64,000 nucleotides of DNA from NCBI GenBank assembly GCA_002343445.1, contig DDSP01000049.1:300-64299 (forward strand), written 5' to 3'. How positions within the stretch are numbered: position 1 is the stretch's first letter; every line of letters starts with the position of its first letter. Origin of the DNA: Chthonomonas sp. UBA2387 (GTDB taxonomy: Bacteria > Armatimonadota > Fimbriimonadia > Fimbriimonadales > Fimbriimonadaceae). The position numbers and the translations under genes were made by a program. The notes beneath the pieces are model-generated. The model made no database searches. It was not told the DNA's origin and saw only the letters and a list, made by a program, of their open reading frames with translations. Shown piece by piece: positions 1 through 9,019 of this stretch.

Positions 1-834
1 GATGGCCAGTTCGCCAGGAATCGAAACGCCTTCCTTGATGCAGTGCGACAGCAACGCATTGGCGCTGGGGTCGCCCCAGCAGACCGCAGCGGTGATGCCC
101 AGTTCCCTACGCCTCCGCATCAAGTCGAGTTCCGCCTCGCCAAGGCTGCCCTTCCAATCCGTCGTCGTGGCCGGATAGACCTTCATCCCGAGTTCTTCGG
201 CACGGGCTTCGAACGCGGCGTAGCGCCGTCCAGCCGAGTCGGATTCGCCAGGGCACGTCCGGTAGAAGATGGCCTGGTGGCCCTTTTCGTGCAGGTGGTT
301 GGCGATCAGCCGCGAACCGTGCGCATCGTCGGCGATCACGGATGGCATCCCCTGAATCGCATCGGTCATCGCCACGACGGGGAGTCGCGCGTCGATCAGG
401 CGTCGGATGAGCGGGTCGCTCGGCGCAGCCAAGGCGATCAAGCCGTCGATCTTGCCGCCGACGAGTTCGCGGTACACCTCGTCGAGCCCGCGCCGATAGA
501 ACGAGTAGTGGATGATCAGGTCGCGCTGCGTTTCGCCGCATCCGTTCTGCAATCCCGTCAACACCTCGGCGTGGAACGGGTCGTGGGGTTCCAGATGGCC
601 GTAGCCGAAGTAGAACCCAACGATGTTCGTGGAGCGTTGGACGAGGGCGCGGGCGATCGCGTTCGGACGGTAGCCCAGGTCCTTGGCGATGCTCGCAACC
701 CGCTCGCGCGTCTCCGGCGAGACGCGGGTGTTGGATCGGCTTCCGTTCAGGATCGAGGACACGGTGGCCGAACTCACGCCCGCCGCCTCGGCGACGTCTT
801 TGAGCGTGGTGGTCCGGCGTCGGTTCCGCGTCAT
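1..834 (-). CDS. LacI-family transcriptional regulator (C-terminus runs off the window start)
   Basis: Absent from the ORF track because it has no in-window stop. My minus-strand translation from the ATG (complement of 832-834) gives MTRNRRRTTTLKDVAEAAGVSSATVSSILNGSRSNTRVSPETRERVASIAKDLGYRPNAIARALV... This is a classic LacI HTH, followed by a sugar-binding-type fold (NIVGFYFGY, LPVVAMTD, VIADDAHGS, ITAAVCWGD). Confidence 0.8.
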   Translation of the reverse strand, partial: MTRNRRRTTTLKDVAEAAGVSSATVSSILNGSRSNTRVSPETRERVASIAKDLGYRPNAIARALVQRSTNIVGFYFGYGHLEPHDPFHAEVLTGLQNGCGETQRDLIIHYSFYRRGLDEVYRELVGGKIDGLIALAAPSDPLIRRLIDARLPVVAMTDAIQGMPSVIADDAHGSRLIANHLHEKGHQAIFYRTCPGESDSAGRRYAAFEARAEELGMKVYPATTTDWKGSLGEAELDLMRRRRELGITAAVCWGDPSANALLSHCIKEGVSIPGELAI

Positions 835-847
835 TGCGAGTCCTCAC

Positions 848-865
848 TGACTGATCGTTTAGTCA
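848..865. promoter_or_regulatory. Candidate LacI-type operator (18-bp imperfect palindrome with central CG)
   Basis: TGACTGAT-CG-TTTAGTCA lies 14 nt upstream of the LacI start. The arms match 6/8 as inverted repeats, and the layout resembles LacI-family operators. No binding data. Confidence 0.35.
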
Positions 866-982
866 CTCGCTTCAGTCAAAGCGCGCGAGTTGATGAAACG
901 ATTGGTCATGCATCATAGCACAGGTTTTCGGATTTCGCAAGGGGTTTGTGTGAATTCCAGATCCTGCTATCATTAGGGGCCG

Positions 983-1858
983 ATGTCAGCCTCTCCCGTC
1001 GCCTCTGCCGAGCCGGTCATGGGCGTCTTGGAGGCCATCGTCCTTGGCATCGCGCAAGGCCTCACCGAGTTCCTGCCGATCAGCAGCACGGCCCACATCC
1101 GCGTCATCCCCGCCTTCTTTGGCTGGGCAGACCCCGGCGCGGCGTTCACGGCCGTCATCCAACTGGGCACGCTGCTGGCCGTGCTGATCTACTTCCGTGG
1201 AGACATCGCACGCATCGCCAAGGCGTGGTTTCGCGGCCTGACGGACCCCGTCGCACGGCGCGAGCAAGACTCCAAAATGGGCTGGATCATCGCCTTGGGC
1301 ACCATCCCCATTCTCGTCCTTGGCCTGGCGTTCAAGAGCCAGATCGAAAAGGACTGGCGGTCGTTGGAGATCATCGGTTGGACGCTGATCGGCATGGGGT
1401 TGCTCATGGGCGCCGCCGAGCGGTTCGGCCCGCAACGCCGCGGTTTGGATGCCGTGACGTGGAAGGACGGCCTTTGGGTGGGCATCTGGCAGTCCATGGC
1501 CCTCATCCCCGGCGCGAGCCGCAGCGGTTCGACGATCACCGGGGGCCTGATCTTCGGCCTCGACCGTGCGGCCGCCGCGCGCTTCTCGTTCCTGCTGAGC
1601 ATTCCGAGCATCTTCGCCGCCGGGTTGCTGAGCATGAAGGAGCACGCCTCGGCCCTGTTCGGCGCACAAGCCGTCCCCGTGCTGGTCGCCACGGTCGCAG
1701 CCTTCGTCTCAGGCTACTGGGCGATCGACTTCCTGCTCAAGTTTTTGGCGCGGCGCAGCGTGTACGTCTTCGTGGTGTACAGAGTGGTTCTGGGTGTCGT
1801 CCTCTTGGCGCTCCTTCGCCAAGGCGTCCTCTCGCCCATGCAGGGCATGCTTCCCTAG
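983..1858 (+). CDS. uppP: Undecaprenyl-diphosphate phosphatase
   Basis: 291 aa. LGIAQGLTEFLPISSTAHIRV and the ALIPGASRSGSTITGGL motifs are typical of BacA/UppP. Polytopic membrane profile. Confidence 0.9.
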   Translation: MSASPVASAEPVMGVLEAIVLGIAQGLTEFLPISSTAHIRVIPAFFGWADPGAAFTAVIQLGTLLAVLIYFRGDIARIAKAWFRGLTDPVARREQDSKMGWIIALGTIPILVLGLAFKSQIEKDWRSLEIIGWTLIGMGLLMGAAERFGPQRRGLDAVTWKDGLWVGIWQSMALIPGASRSGSTITGGLIFGLDRAAAARFSFLLSIPSIFAAGLLSMKEHASALFGAQAVPVLVATVAAFVSGYWAIDFLLKFLARRSVYVFVVYRVVLGVVLLALLRQGVLSPMQGMLP

Positions 1859-1862
1859 CGGC

Positions 1863-1925
1863 TGGAGGGACACGCTCCGTCGTGTCCACCGAGGTCCCGT
1901 GGGCATGACGGAGCATGCCCCTCCA
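1863..1925. repeat. REP-like palindromic element, dimer of two inverted ~25-nt hairpin units
   Basis: tggagggacacgctccgtcgtgtcc, then a 13-nt spacer, then gggcatgacggagcatgcccctcca. Each unit is a 7-bp stem with a 6-nt loop. It lies in the convergent gap between uppP and the beta-helix gene. The right unit is identical to the one at 62416-62440. Confidence 0.8.
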
Positions 1926-1939
1926 CAGGGCATCGTTAG

Positions 1940-3274
1940 CTAGGGGCGCACGAGTACGGGGAAGTGGGGGGCGACGACCCGGTAGGGAAGGAACTCGCGA
2001 ACCCACGCAGGCGACGCAACACGCCGCAATCGGCCACTCGGCTCGACCCGCGCGCCAGCCCCCGTGCCGACCCTCAACCCGGGCCCGGAGTAGGCGACCA
2101 CCGTTCCGTACAGGCCCTCGTTCCGCAGTACCGTGGGCTCTCGGTCGGCAAAGTTGCCCTCGAAGCGTACATGGGCTTCGCGCCCGGTCGGCCACGCGAT
2201 CGCATAGGTCGGCGCGCCGACGATCCGGTTGTCCTTCACCACCACCTGAGTCGGCTTCGCGGAACGCAGATCGATCCCCCCGGTCGCCCCGGCCCAATGC
2301 TTGGGCTGACCCGTCTGGCGGAACGTATTGAACTCGAGCGTCACACCCTCCCGGGGGCCGTCGCCGCCCCACGTGCCGAAGAAGAACCCCGAGCCACGCG
2401 TCCGCTCCACCACGTTGTCCCGGAACGCGATGCGCCGCGCCACGGAGTCCTTGCCTTCGGCGCTCAACACCATGCCCCACTCGGCGTCTTGCACCAGGTT
2501 CGAAGCCATCTCGACATCCCGTAGTTCGCCAAACCAAGCGTCCACGTACAGCCCTTGCCGATCCACGTCGTGAACCCAGTTGTGGTGCACAATGCCCTCG
2601 CGGCTGATCTCCTTGACGTCGATGCCCTCCTTGGTGCAATGGTGGACGTGGTTGTACGCCACCTCGAAACCGGCGATGCCGGCCACGCTCAAGGCTTCGT
2701 GCGGCGCTTCCCGAAGGTGGTCCCCGAACAGCCGCCGGTCCTGCGTGTTGGCCCTAGTGATCGTGTTGCCCAAGACCCGAACGTTCGAGGAGTTCCACAA
2801 TGCGATGCCCGGTCCGAACGTCGTGTCGACCGTGTTCCCCACCAGATCAACGCGGTCGCAGCCCTCTTGCACCTTGATGCCCGCCGCAGCCGACCGGTAA
2901 ACCGACAGCCCTTCGACCCTCACCCAAGAGACGCCCCGCAGGTCCAGTACGGCCGACTCGAGCCACGCGCCCGGTTCGGAGGGCTCGAAGTGGGTGCCAT
3001 CCAGCACGGGCTTCTGACCCGGCTTCGCGACGATGACCAGCCAGGCACCCGCCGCACCGGAACGCCTGACTACGACGGGTTCCGAAACGGGATAGGTGGC
3101 TCCGGCCAGTTCGATGCGCACCCCCGGCCCTGCGTGTTCGAGAGCAGCACTCAGGCTGGCGAACGGCTTGCCCGGCGATCCGTCGCCGTTCGGTGCAGCG
3201 TTGGGGTCCACGTGAAGCGTCATCGCCGGAATCCCGACAGCCAGCAGGACGAGAGATGCGACCGTCATACCCAC
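1940..3274 (-). CDS. Secreted right-handed parallel beta-helix repeat protein (pectate-lyase-fold, polysaccharide-active)
   Basis: 444 aa with an N-terminal signal-like segment (MGMTVASLVLLAVGIPAMT). The start reads DPNAAPNGDGSPGKPFASLSAALEHAGPG. Repeated G-N/VxDN strands follow (LVGNTV, VLGNTI, FRDNVV, VKDNRI). It neighbours a GH53 gene. Confidence 0.7.
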   Translation of the reverse strand: MGMTVASLVLLAVGIPAMTLHVDPNAAPNGDGSPGKPFASLSAALEHAGPGVRIELAGATYPVSEPVVVRRSGAAGAWLVIVAKPGQKPVLDGTHFEPSEPGAWLESAVLDLRGVSWVRVEGLSVYRSAAAGIKVQEGCDRVDLVGNTVDTTFGPGIALWNSSNVRVLGNTITRANTQDRRLFGDHLREAPHEALSVAGIAGFEVAYNHVHHCTKEGIDVKEISREGIVHHNWVHDVDRQGLYVDAWFGELRDVEMASNLVQDAEWGMVLSAEGKDSVARRIAFRDNVVERTRGSGFFFGTWGGDGPREGVTLEFNTFRQTGQPKHWAGATGGIDLRSAKPTQVVVKDNRIVGAPTYAIAWPTGREAHVRFEGNFADREPTVLRNEGLYGTVVAYSGPGLRVGTGAGARVEPSGRLRRVASPAWVREFLPYRVVAPHFPVLVRP

Positions 3275-3324
3275 CCATTCGCGATCGTGCCCGGCGTTTC
3301 CTACCTCCGGGTAGCATCCCGGCC

Positions 3325-4395
3325 ATGCTCCTCACCATGCTCGCCTTTGGAGCGATGTCCCTGCAAAACCCGAAGACGTTCTATTGGGGCGGCGACCCTT
3401 CGGAGATTCCCGAGGTCGAGGCCTCCGGCGCTGTCTACAAGGTCGCGGGCAAACAGGTGGACCCGCTCGTCGCGATGAAGGAAGCGGGTTGGAACGCCGT
3501 GCGGCTCCGCATCTGGAACGACCCGAAGGACAAGTTCTGCGACCTGAACCACACGCTCGCGATGGCCAAGCGCATCAAGGCCGCGGGCCTCACGCTGATG
3601 CTCGACTTCCACTACTCGGACTGGTGGGCCGATCCGGGCAAGCAGAACAAGCCCGCCGCCTGGAAGGACATGGGCATGGACGAACTCAAGGTCGCCGTGC
3701 GCGAGTACAGCCGCGACGTGGTCAAGGCGTTGGTGGATCAGGGCACGCCTCCCGCAGTCGTCCAGCCGGGCAACGAGGTGGTCGCGGGCATGCTGTGGCC
3801 CGAAGGTCGCATCCACGGCCAGCCCAACGGGTGGGACAAGTTCATGGACCTGACCAAAGCCGCGATCCAAGGCATTCGCGAAGGCGCGGGCAAGCACCCC
3901 GTCAAGATCATGGCCCACATCGACAAGGGAGGCAAAATGGAGGTCAGCAAGTACTGGTTCGAGAACTACTTCTCTCGAGGCGGCGAAGCCGACATCCTCG
4001 GCCTAAGCTACTACCCCATGTGGCACGGCAACCTGGACGAACTCAAGGAGAACCTGGCGTATCTGGCCAAGACCTACAAGCAAGACATCCTGATCGCAGA
4101 GACCGCATACCCCTACCGGGGGTGGAACGAGCAGACCCGACAGTATGACGACGTGACCGCGCCCCTCCCGCAATTCAAACCCAACCCCGAAGGGCAGGCG
4201 GCATTCCTTCGCGAGTTGGTGTCCATCGTCAATAACGTCCCCGACCAGCGAGGTGTCGGAATTCTGTGGTGGGCGCCAGCGTGGGTCGGGCCGACGGGCT
4301 TGCGCGGCGGCTGGGACAGATTGACCATGTTCGACAACCAAACCGGCGAAGCGCTGCCGTCGTTTTACGAGTTCAAGGCGCAAACGCGAGGTTAG
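3325..4395 (+). CDS. Arabinogalactan endo-beta-1,4-galactanase (GH53)
   Basis: GWNAVRLRIWNDP, LMLDFHYSDWWADPGKQNKP, VQPGNEV and SYYPMWHG..ILIAETAYPY are GH53 hallmarks. I moved the start to the ATG at 3325 (MLLTMLAFGAMS, signal-like) because the track's 3193 start overlaps the upstream divergent gene. Confidence 0.85.
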   Translation: MLLTMLAFGAMSLQNPKTFYWGGDPSEIPEVEASGAVYKVAGKQVDPLVAMKEAGWNAVRLRIWNDPKDKFCDLNHTLAMAKRIKAAGLTLMLDFHYSDWWADPGKQNKPAAWKDMGMDELKVAVREYSRDVVKALVDQGTPPAVVQPGNEVVAGMLWPEGRIHGQPNGWDKFMDLTKAAIQGIREGAGKHPVKIMAHIDKGGKMEVSKYWFENYFSRGGEADILGLSYYPMWHGNLDELKENLAYLAKTYKQDILIAETAYPYRGWNEQTRQYDDVTAPLPQFKPNPEGQAAFLRELVSIVNNVPDQRGVGILWWAPAWVGPTGLRGGWDRLTMFDNQTGEALPSFYEFKAQTRG

Positions 4396-5222
4396 GACGC
4401 GCCGTTTCTGGCCTTCCGCCGCAGCAACGGCACCAGTCCCAGGGCCAAAACCGACAGCGTCGCTGGCTCGGGGACGAGATAGTTGGCGCCGCTCGCGGCA
4501 GTGAACGTCGTGTTCGGGTCGTCGGGCACGATGTGGAAGAAGCCCGTGTTGGTCAAGTCCAGCGAGCCCGTGGTCGACCCGCCACCGATACGGTTGACTT
4601 GCATGAACCCGCCCATGTACGCGAAGAGGCTCATGGTCGAACCATCGGTCGCCGAGACCTCGGCAAAGCCGGTGTCGCCAAACGCGCTCGACTCCGTTCC
4701 CCCGCGGAACAGCGTCTGCGGCGTGTTGAGCACCGAGACCCCAAGACCCATGATCTGCACGTCGAGGTCGGCGCTCCAAGTCATGGTTCCCGGGCCAGTG
4801 AGGCCCGCCGAGCCGCTGAGTTCGTAGTAGACGCGGAACGTATGGGGTCCCGGGCCGCCGCCGATGGTGATGAGATCGCCGAAGTGGGCCACGGTATCGG
4901 GGTTGCCGCCGAGGTCGAAACCGACCCGCCCGCCCGCATCCGTCGAACCGGTGTCGAGCGTGATCGTCCCCATCGCGCGCAGTGTGGTGTATTGGGACCA
5001 AGACTCGAACCGGGCCTCGGCCGTGTCGCCTCCCACGGTCATCGTCGAGGTGCTCACGGCGTTGGTGGGTCGGTTGGCGGGTCCGTCTTCGACGTGGTTG
5101 CCGGTCGGCGTGGACCCGATCCAGGCGCCCGTGTCGGCGAACGACCACGTGTAGGGCATGACCTGAGCCGCGCCCGAGGCGGCGAGGATGACGGGCAGTA
5201 CGAACGCGGCGAAGCGCTTCAC
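4392..5222 (-). CDS. PEP-CTERM sorting-domain secreted protein
   Basis: The C-terminus VPEPATLSVLALGLVPLLRRKARN is a PEP-CTERM anchor. Starting at the GTG at complement 5220-5222 gives a signal peptide (VKRFAAFVLPVILAASGAAQV). The start codon is uncertain. Confidence 0.7.
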   Translation of the reverse strand: MKRFAAFVLPVILAASGAAQVMPYTWSFADTGAWIGSTPTGNHVEDGPANRPTNAVSTSTMTVGGDTAEARFESWSQYTTLRAMGTITLDTGSTDAGGRVGFDLGGNPDTVAHFGDLITIGGGPGPHTFRVYYELSGSAGLTGPGTMTWSADLDVQIMGLGVSVLNTPQTLFRGGTESSAFGDTGFAEVSATDGSTMSLFAYMGGFMQVNRIGGGSTTGSLDLTNTGFFHIVPDDPNTTFTAASGANYLVPEPATLSVLALGLVPLLRRKARNGAS

Positions 5223-5426
5223 GGCGTCAGTATAAGGCCAAGGGGCGGGTTGTGACACTCTTTCTTTGTCGGCTTCTCGGCCCGCAATGTTCTCCGCCTT
5301 TTTTCGAGGGCCGAGCAACGGCGGTATCCGAGGTTGTGACCGGCGACGAGCGTGACTGCTTTCTTTTTGCAGATCCGATCCCGAACTCCTCACGCCGAAC
5401 AATTTCAAATGCCCATAATCAGGCAC

Positions 5427-5561
5427 ATGGCGAAACGGCCGGGCATGATGGGCGCGAAAGGCAAGGTTTCCGAGGACGACGGCTCCTTCGACCGTGCGTT
5501 CTGGGCCGCCGCCACGCCCGAACAGAAGGTCCGCGCGATCTTCGAACTCCGAGAACTCTAA
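5427..5561 (+). CDS. Small hypothetical protein, possibly a truncated remnant
   Basis: MAKRPGMMGAKGKVSEDDGSFDRAFWAAATPEQKVRAIFELREL. A protein-like continuation (YEVMHPGTGAERLDR...) appears in another frame just after the stop, so it may be frameshifted. Confidence 0.3.
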   Translation: MAKRPGMMGAKGKVSEDDGSFDRAFWAAATPEQKVRAIFELREL

Positions 5562-5664
5562 TTACGAGGTGATGCACCCTGGCACCGGGGCTGAGCGGCT
5601 GGATCGAACTGTTGGCGGCACTCGACGACTCGGCGAGCCAGCGCCCGATCACGAGCGGTAAGGA

Positions 5665-6708
5665 TCAGGTCAACTGGAGACGCTCGCGCAGGTTCCGGCG
5701 CAAGTTCTCGAGGTACACCGGGTCGCCCTCGGACGCGGCGTCCCAGTCGTAGAACCAGATCGGCTTGGTCCGCAGTTCGTCCGGCTCGTGGGCGTACCGC
5801 GGGAAAAGGTGGGCGTGCAGGGCCGGCTCCAGGTTGCCCAGCATCTCGTAGTTGATCCGCACCGCGCCCGTTTCGACCAGCAACGCATCGCCCGCCCGAG
5901 CCATGTCGGCGAGAAAGGCCTGTTGCTCGGAGGGGAGCATCGCGTTCAGGTGCGGAGGAACGGGGTCGGGGAGCAACAGGCAATAGCCCGGCACCACTTG
6001 CTTCGCGCCAAACACCAGCCAACCCGTCGGCATGCGCCCGATCAGGCCAGGATGCTTGCCTTCGCGGGCGGCTTGCACCTGACGATGGATGGCGGTTGGC
6101 ATGTCCAAGTTTGACACAGGCCCAACCTGAGTGCGAGCGAGAATGGTGTACCGCGACCCGCCTGGCCCCAAGTAGCTCTCGTAGAGCGCGGCGTGGTCCA
6201 GCGTGAACGCGACGTCGGGGCCTTGCGTGGGCATCGGCGGAGGCGTCTTGGCTCGTGCGAGCGTGACATGGAGTTCGAGGTCTTGCCCGCGGCGGAGTCG
6301 GCGACGCACTCGCTCAGACTCTGCTTGCCCGACTTCATCCGACAGATGGAAGAGACACTCCCAGCCCGGTGGATACCAGGTCCTCGTTCCACGCCACAGC
6401 GCTGTATTCAGCCGACCAATCCCGTATCCTTCGACCCGCAACACCGTTGCCAACGCGGTCCGGCCCATGACCTGCAAGCGCCCTGCTTGAACAACAAGAG
6501 TTGGGAATTCGGCTCGAGTGGTGAGGTCAACGATTCCGGCCACCCGCTCCTCGGGCACGTCGCCAAAGAACAGGATCGTGGCGTGCAAGTCCTCTGGCGC
6601 GAGCACGCGCACACCGGGCAGGTCGCCCCACTGCGCGACCGTCCACCGGTGCAACGCTTCGGCTGCAACCGTGGGGACCGGGCACGCCAGGAAGAGACGG
6701 CGGCTCAC
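5665..6708 (-). CDS. Fusion protein: 2H phosphoesterase (2',5' RNA ligase/ThpR-like) N-terminal domain plus HIT-family hydrolase C-terminal domain
   Basis: Two HxTx motifs (LHATILFFG at about residue 42 and LHVTLARA at about residue 147 from the GTG start) define the 2H fold. The C-terminal part (VPGYCLLLPDP...INYEMLGNLEPALHAHLFPRY) is HIT-like. No stop separates the two parts. The GTG start (6706-6708) overlaps the upstream stop as GTGA. Confidence 0.75.
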   Translation of the reverse strand: MSRRLFLACPVPTVAAEALHRWTVAQWGDLPGVRVLAPEDLHATILFFGDVPEERVAGIVDLTTRAEFPTLVVQAGRLQVMGRTALATVLRVEGYGIGRLNTALWRGTRTWYPPGWECLFHLSDEVGQAESERVRRRLRRGQDLELHVTLARAKTPPPMPTQGPDVAFTLDHAALYESYLGPGGSRYTILARTQVGPVSNLDMPTAIHRQVQAAREGKHPGLIGRMPTGWLVFGAKQVVPGYCLLLPDPVPPHLNAMLPSEQQAFLADMARAGDALLVETGAVRINYEMLGNLEPALHAHLFPRYAHEPDELRTKPIWFYDWDAASEGDPVYLENLRRNLRERLQLT

Positions 6709-6926
6709 CCCGCAATGTGCCTCGCCTGCGCCCGGGGCCTGGGGATTGCGACATTGCCGCCCCTCGCTTCTTCCAGCCAGAGCGAAATGCTGACCTCGAC
6801 GTCTCTCAACGCTTCCTCGGCCGTTGCGCCGCCTGCGGTGCAACCTGGCAAATCCGGCACATAGGCGCTCCAAGAACCGTCTTGGGCGTCCTCCGCGATC
6901 GCTAGGTACAAGACCTCGGTCGGCAT
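6705..6926 (-). CDS. HicB-like (UPF0150) antitoxin-family protein, N-terminal domain only
   Basis: 73 aa. YLAIAEDAQDGSWSAYVPDLPGCTAGGATAEEALRDVEVSISLWLEEARGGNVAIPRP matches the HicB N-domain pattern (vPdlPGc.t.G.T.eEal...). It has no C-terminal DNA-binding domain and there is no hicA nearby. Confidence 0.75.
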   Translation of the reverse strand: MPTEVLYLAIAEDAQDGSWSAYVPDLPGCTAGGATAEEALRDVEVSISLWLEEARGGNVAIPRPRAQARHIAG

Positions 6927-6939
6927 GACACCTCCACCA

Positions 6940-7611
6940 TCACTCGATGCCGCCGAAGTCCGCGTTCACCTCGTTCCGCTTGCCCGATTTGCCCATCAGC
7001 GACGTCTCGCCGTCTGCGGTCAGCTCCAGCCAGCCGCGATTGTCCGCTTCTGAATTCGGCGCCTTGAGCAGGGGCGACTCGGCGAACGGCTGCGCCACAT
7101 AGGCCATGTGCGCGTTCATCGCGGGCTCCTTGATCTCGAACACCAAGACGGTTTCAGCCTTGTCCGGCAGGTCGGCGAGCACCTTGCCCGCCACGTCCGA
7201 GTTGTATGCGATCCCCGAGATCAGCTTGCCGCCTTGCACGCAGCCCCACGGCTCGTCCGCCTTGGCCACGGCGATCTCGAAAAGCGGGTTCTCCATCTTC
7301 TCGGCCTTGGCCGTGACGTACTTCTCGTAGTACGGCTTCAACTCCACCTGCCATGTGTCGGCGGGCGGCAGCTTGCCGTCATGCTCCTTGGCATAGTCTT
7401 CGAGCCCCTGGTAGATGCCCTCGTAGGCGAGCAGGCAGCCGGTCATGGCCCCCACGCCTCCCGAGTTGAACATGTTTCGAACCGCGTTGGCGAAGTAGGC
7501 GAAGCCGCCGCAACAGATCACGACGACGCCGAGGATGACCCAGAGCCAAATCTTGGGCCCTTTCTTTCGCGGCTCGTCCGGCAACGGCTCGAAGGGAGGT
7601 GGCGTACTCAT
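6940..7611 (-). CDS. Membrane-anchored hypothetical protein
   Basis: 223 aa with a single N-terminal TM (IWLWVILGVVVICCGGFAYF). Ordinary, non-shadow composition. It ends 13 nt upstream of the hicB-like gene. Confidence 0.6.
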   Translation of the reverse strand: MSTPPPFEPLPDEPRKKGPKIWLWVILGVVVICCGGFAYFANAVRNMFNSGGVGAMTGCLLAYEGIYQGLEDYAKEHDGKLPPADTWQVELKPYYEKYVTAKAEKMENPLFEIAVAKADEPWGCVQGGKLISGIAYNSDVAGKVLADLPDKAETVLVFEIKEPAMNAHMAYVAQPFAESPLLKAPNSEADNRGWLELTADGETSLMGKSGKRNEVNADFGGIE

Positions 7612-7660
7612 TGGTGCTATTGTAACCAGAGAGGGCCTCGTTCGGGGCCATAAGTCCGGT

Positions 7661-9019
7661 ATGCCCGATCCGATGCTCGACCACCCGCGCGATCTGCCGC
7701 AGGTCTCGGCGCTTGCCCAAGACCCATGTTTGGCCGCCTATTCGGCCCGCGTGCGAACGGAAGCCGCCCGTTGCGCCATCGCCCGTGGGCGGGACGCATT
7801 GCTGTCTGGCAACCCCTTGTCGCGAGATGCGTTGCCCCAATGGGCCGCCGCAGAAGCCCGGCGCTTGGCCACCCCCTCGCTTCGGCCCGCGATCAACATG
7901 AGCGGCGTCGTGCTGCACACCGGCCTGGGTCGGGCTCGCCTCGCCACCGAGGCCGCAACGGCCGTCGCCGAGGTCGCCGCGAACCATTCCACTCTAGAAT
8001 TCGACCTAAAGGCCGGGGGCCGGGGCGACCGGCAGGCCCACGTCCGCGAATCGCTGTGCCGGCTGACGGACGCGGAAGACGCTTTGGTGGTCAACAACGC
8101 CGCCGCAGGCGTGGTGCTGGCCTTGGCGGCTCTGGCAGGAGGCAAGGACGTCGTGCTCTCCCGGGGAGAAATGGTCGAGATCGGCGGCAGCTTCCGCATG
8201 CCCGACATCGTCGGCGAGAGCGGAGCGGGCCTAAGCGAGGTGGGCTGCACCAACAAGACGCGTCTCAGCGATTACGCCTGCGCCATCACTCCTAACACGG
8301 CCGCGATTCTGCTTTGCCACCCGAGCAACTTCCACCTCGCGGGGTTCGTCGAGAAGCCGCCCATCGAAAAGGTCGCCGAACTCTGCCGCGAACGCGGCCT
8401 TTGGCTTGTGGACGACTTGGGTTCGGGATGCCTGTTCGACGCCGCCGAACTCGGCATCCGCCGGCAACCGACGATGGGGCAACGCGTGGCGTCGGGCGCG
8501 CACGTGGTCATCGGGAGCGGCGACAAACTGCTCGGTGGCCCGCAGGCGGGCCTGATGGTCGGCAGCAAGGAAGCCATCGAAACGTGCCGCAACCATCCGC
8601 TGGCCCGCGCGTTCCGCGTGGACAAACTGACGTTGGCTGCCCTCTCGGCGACGTTGCGGCTCTGGCTGGACGGACGGCGGGAGGCGATCCCCACCCTTCG
8701 GTATCTGGCTCGCCCCTTGCCCGAAGTTCGCCGCATGGCGACGAAGATCGCCAAGGCCTATCGTGGCGCGGCTGTGGTCGAGCGCGGCGAAACCGAGGTC
8801 GGCGGAGGTTCGTCTCCGGGCGAAGGCGTGCCGACGTTTCGGGCGGGGTTGACGACGGCTCGCGCCGATGCGTTGGCCGCATGGCTTCGGCAACGGACCC
8901 CTCCGGTCGTCGGGCGGATCGAGCGCGGGACCTTCTGGCTGGACCCCCGGACCGCCGAGCCCGACGAAGTGCGGGCCGTATGCCGTATCCTTTCCGAGGT
9001 GCCGAATGAGTATCTATGA
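7661..9019 (+). CDS. selA: L-seryl-tRNA(Sec) selenium transferase
   Basis: VNNAAAGVVLALAALAGGKDVVLSRGEMVEIGGSFRMPDIV...GCTNKTRLSDY...LLCHPSNF...GSGDKLLGGPQAGL is the SelA core, including the PLP-lysine region. The start is set at the ATG at 7661 because the track's 7535 start overlaps the divergent upstream gene. Confidence 0.85.
   Translation: MPDPMLDHPRDLPQVSALAQDPCLAAYSARVRTEAARCAIARGRDALLSGNPLSRDALPQWAAAEARRLATPSLRPAINMSGVVLHTGLGRARLATEAATAVAEVAANHSTLEFDLKAGGRGDRQAHVRESLCRLTDAEDALVVNNAAAGVVLALAALAGGKDVVLSRGEMVEIGGSFRMPDIVGESGAGLSEVGCTNKTRLSDYACAITPNTAAILLCHPSNFHLAGFVEKPPIEKVAELCRERGLWLVDDLGSGCLFDAAELGIRRQPTMGQRVASGAHVVIGSGDKLLGGPQAGLMVGSKEAIETCRNHPLARAFRVDKLTLAALSATLRLWLDGRREAIPTLRYLARPLPEVRRMATKIAKAYRGAAVVERGETEVGGGSSPGEGVPTFRAGLTTARADALAAWLRQRTPPVVGRIERGTFWLDPRTAEPDEVRAVCRILSEVPNEYL

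Noticed and set aside
5562-5664. Continuation of the small ORF 5427-5561 in another frame (YEVMHPGTGAERLDR...), suggesting a frameshifted small gene.
   Set aside because: The fragments are very short and I am unsure of the family resemblance. It is kept only as a note on the low-confidence feature.
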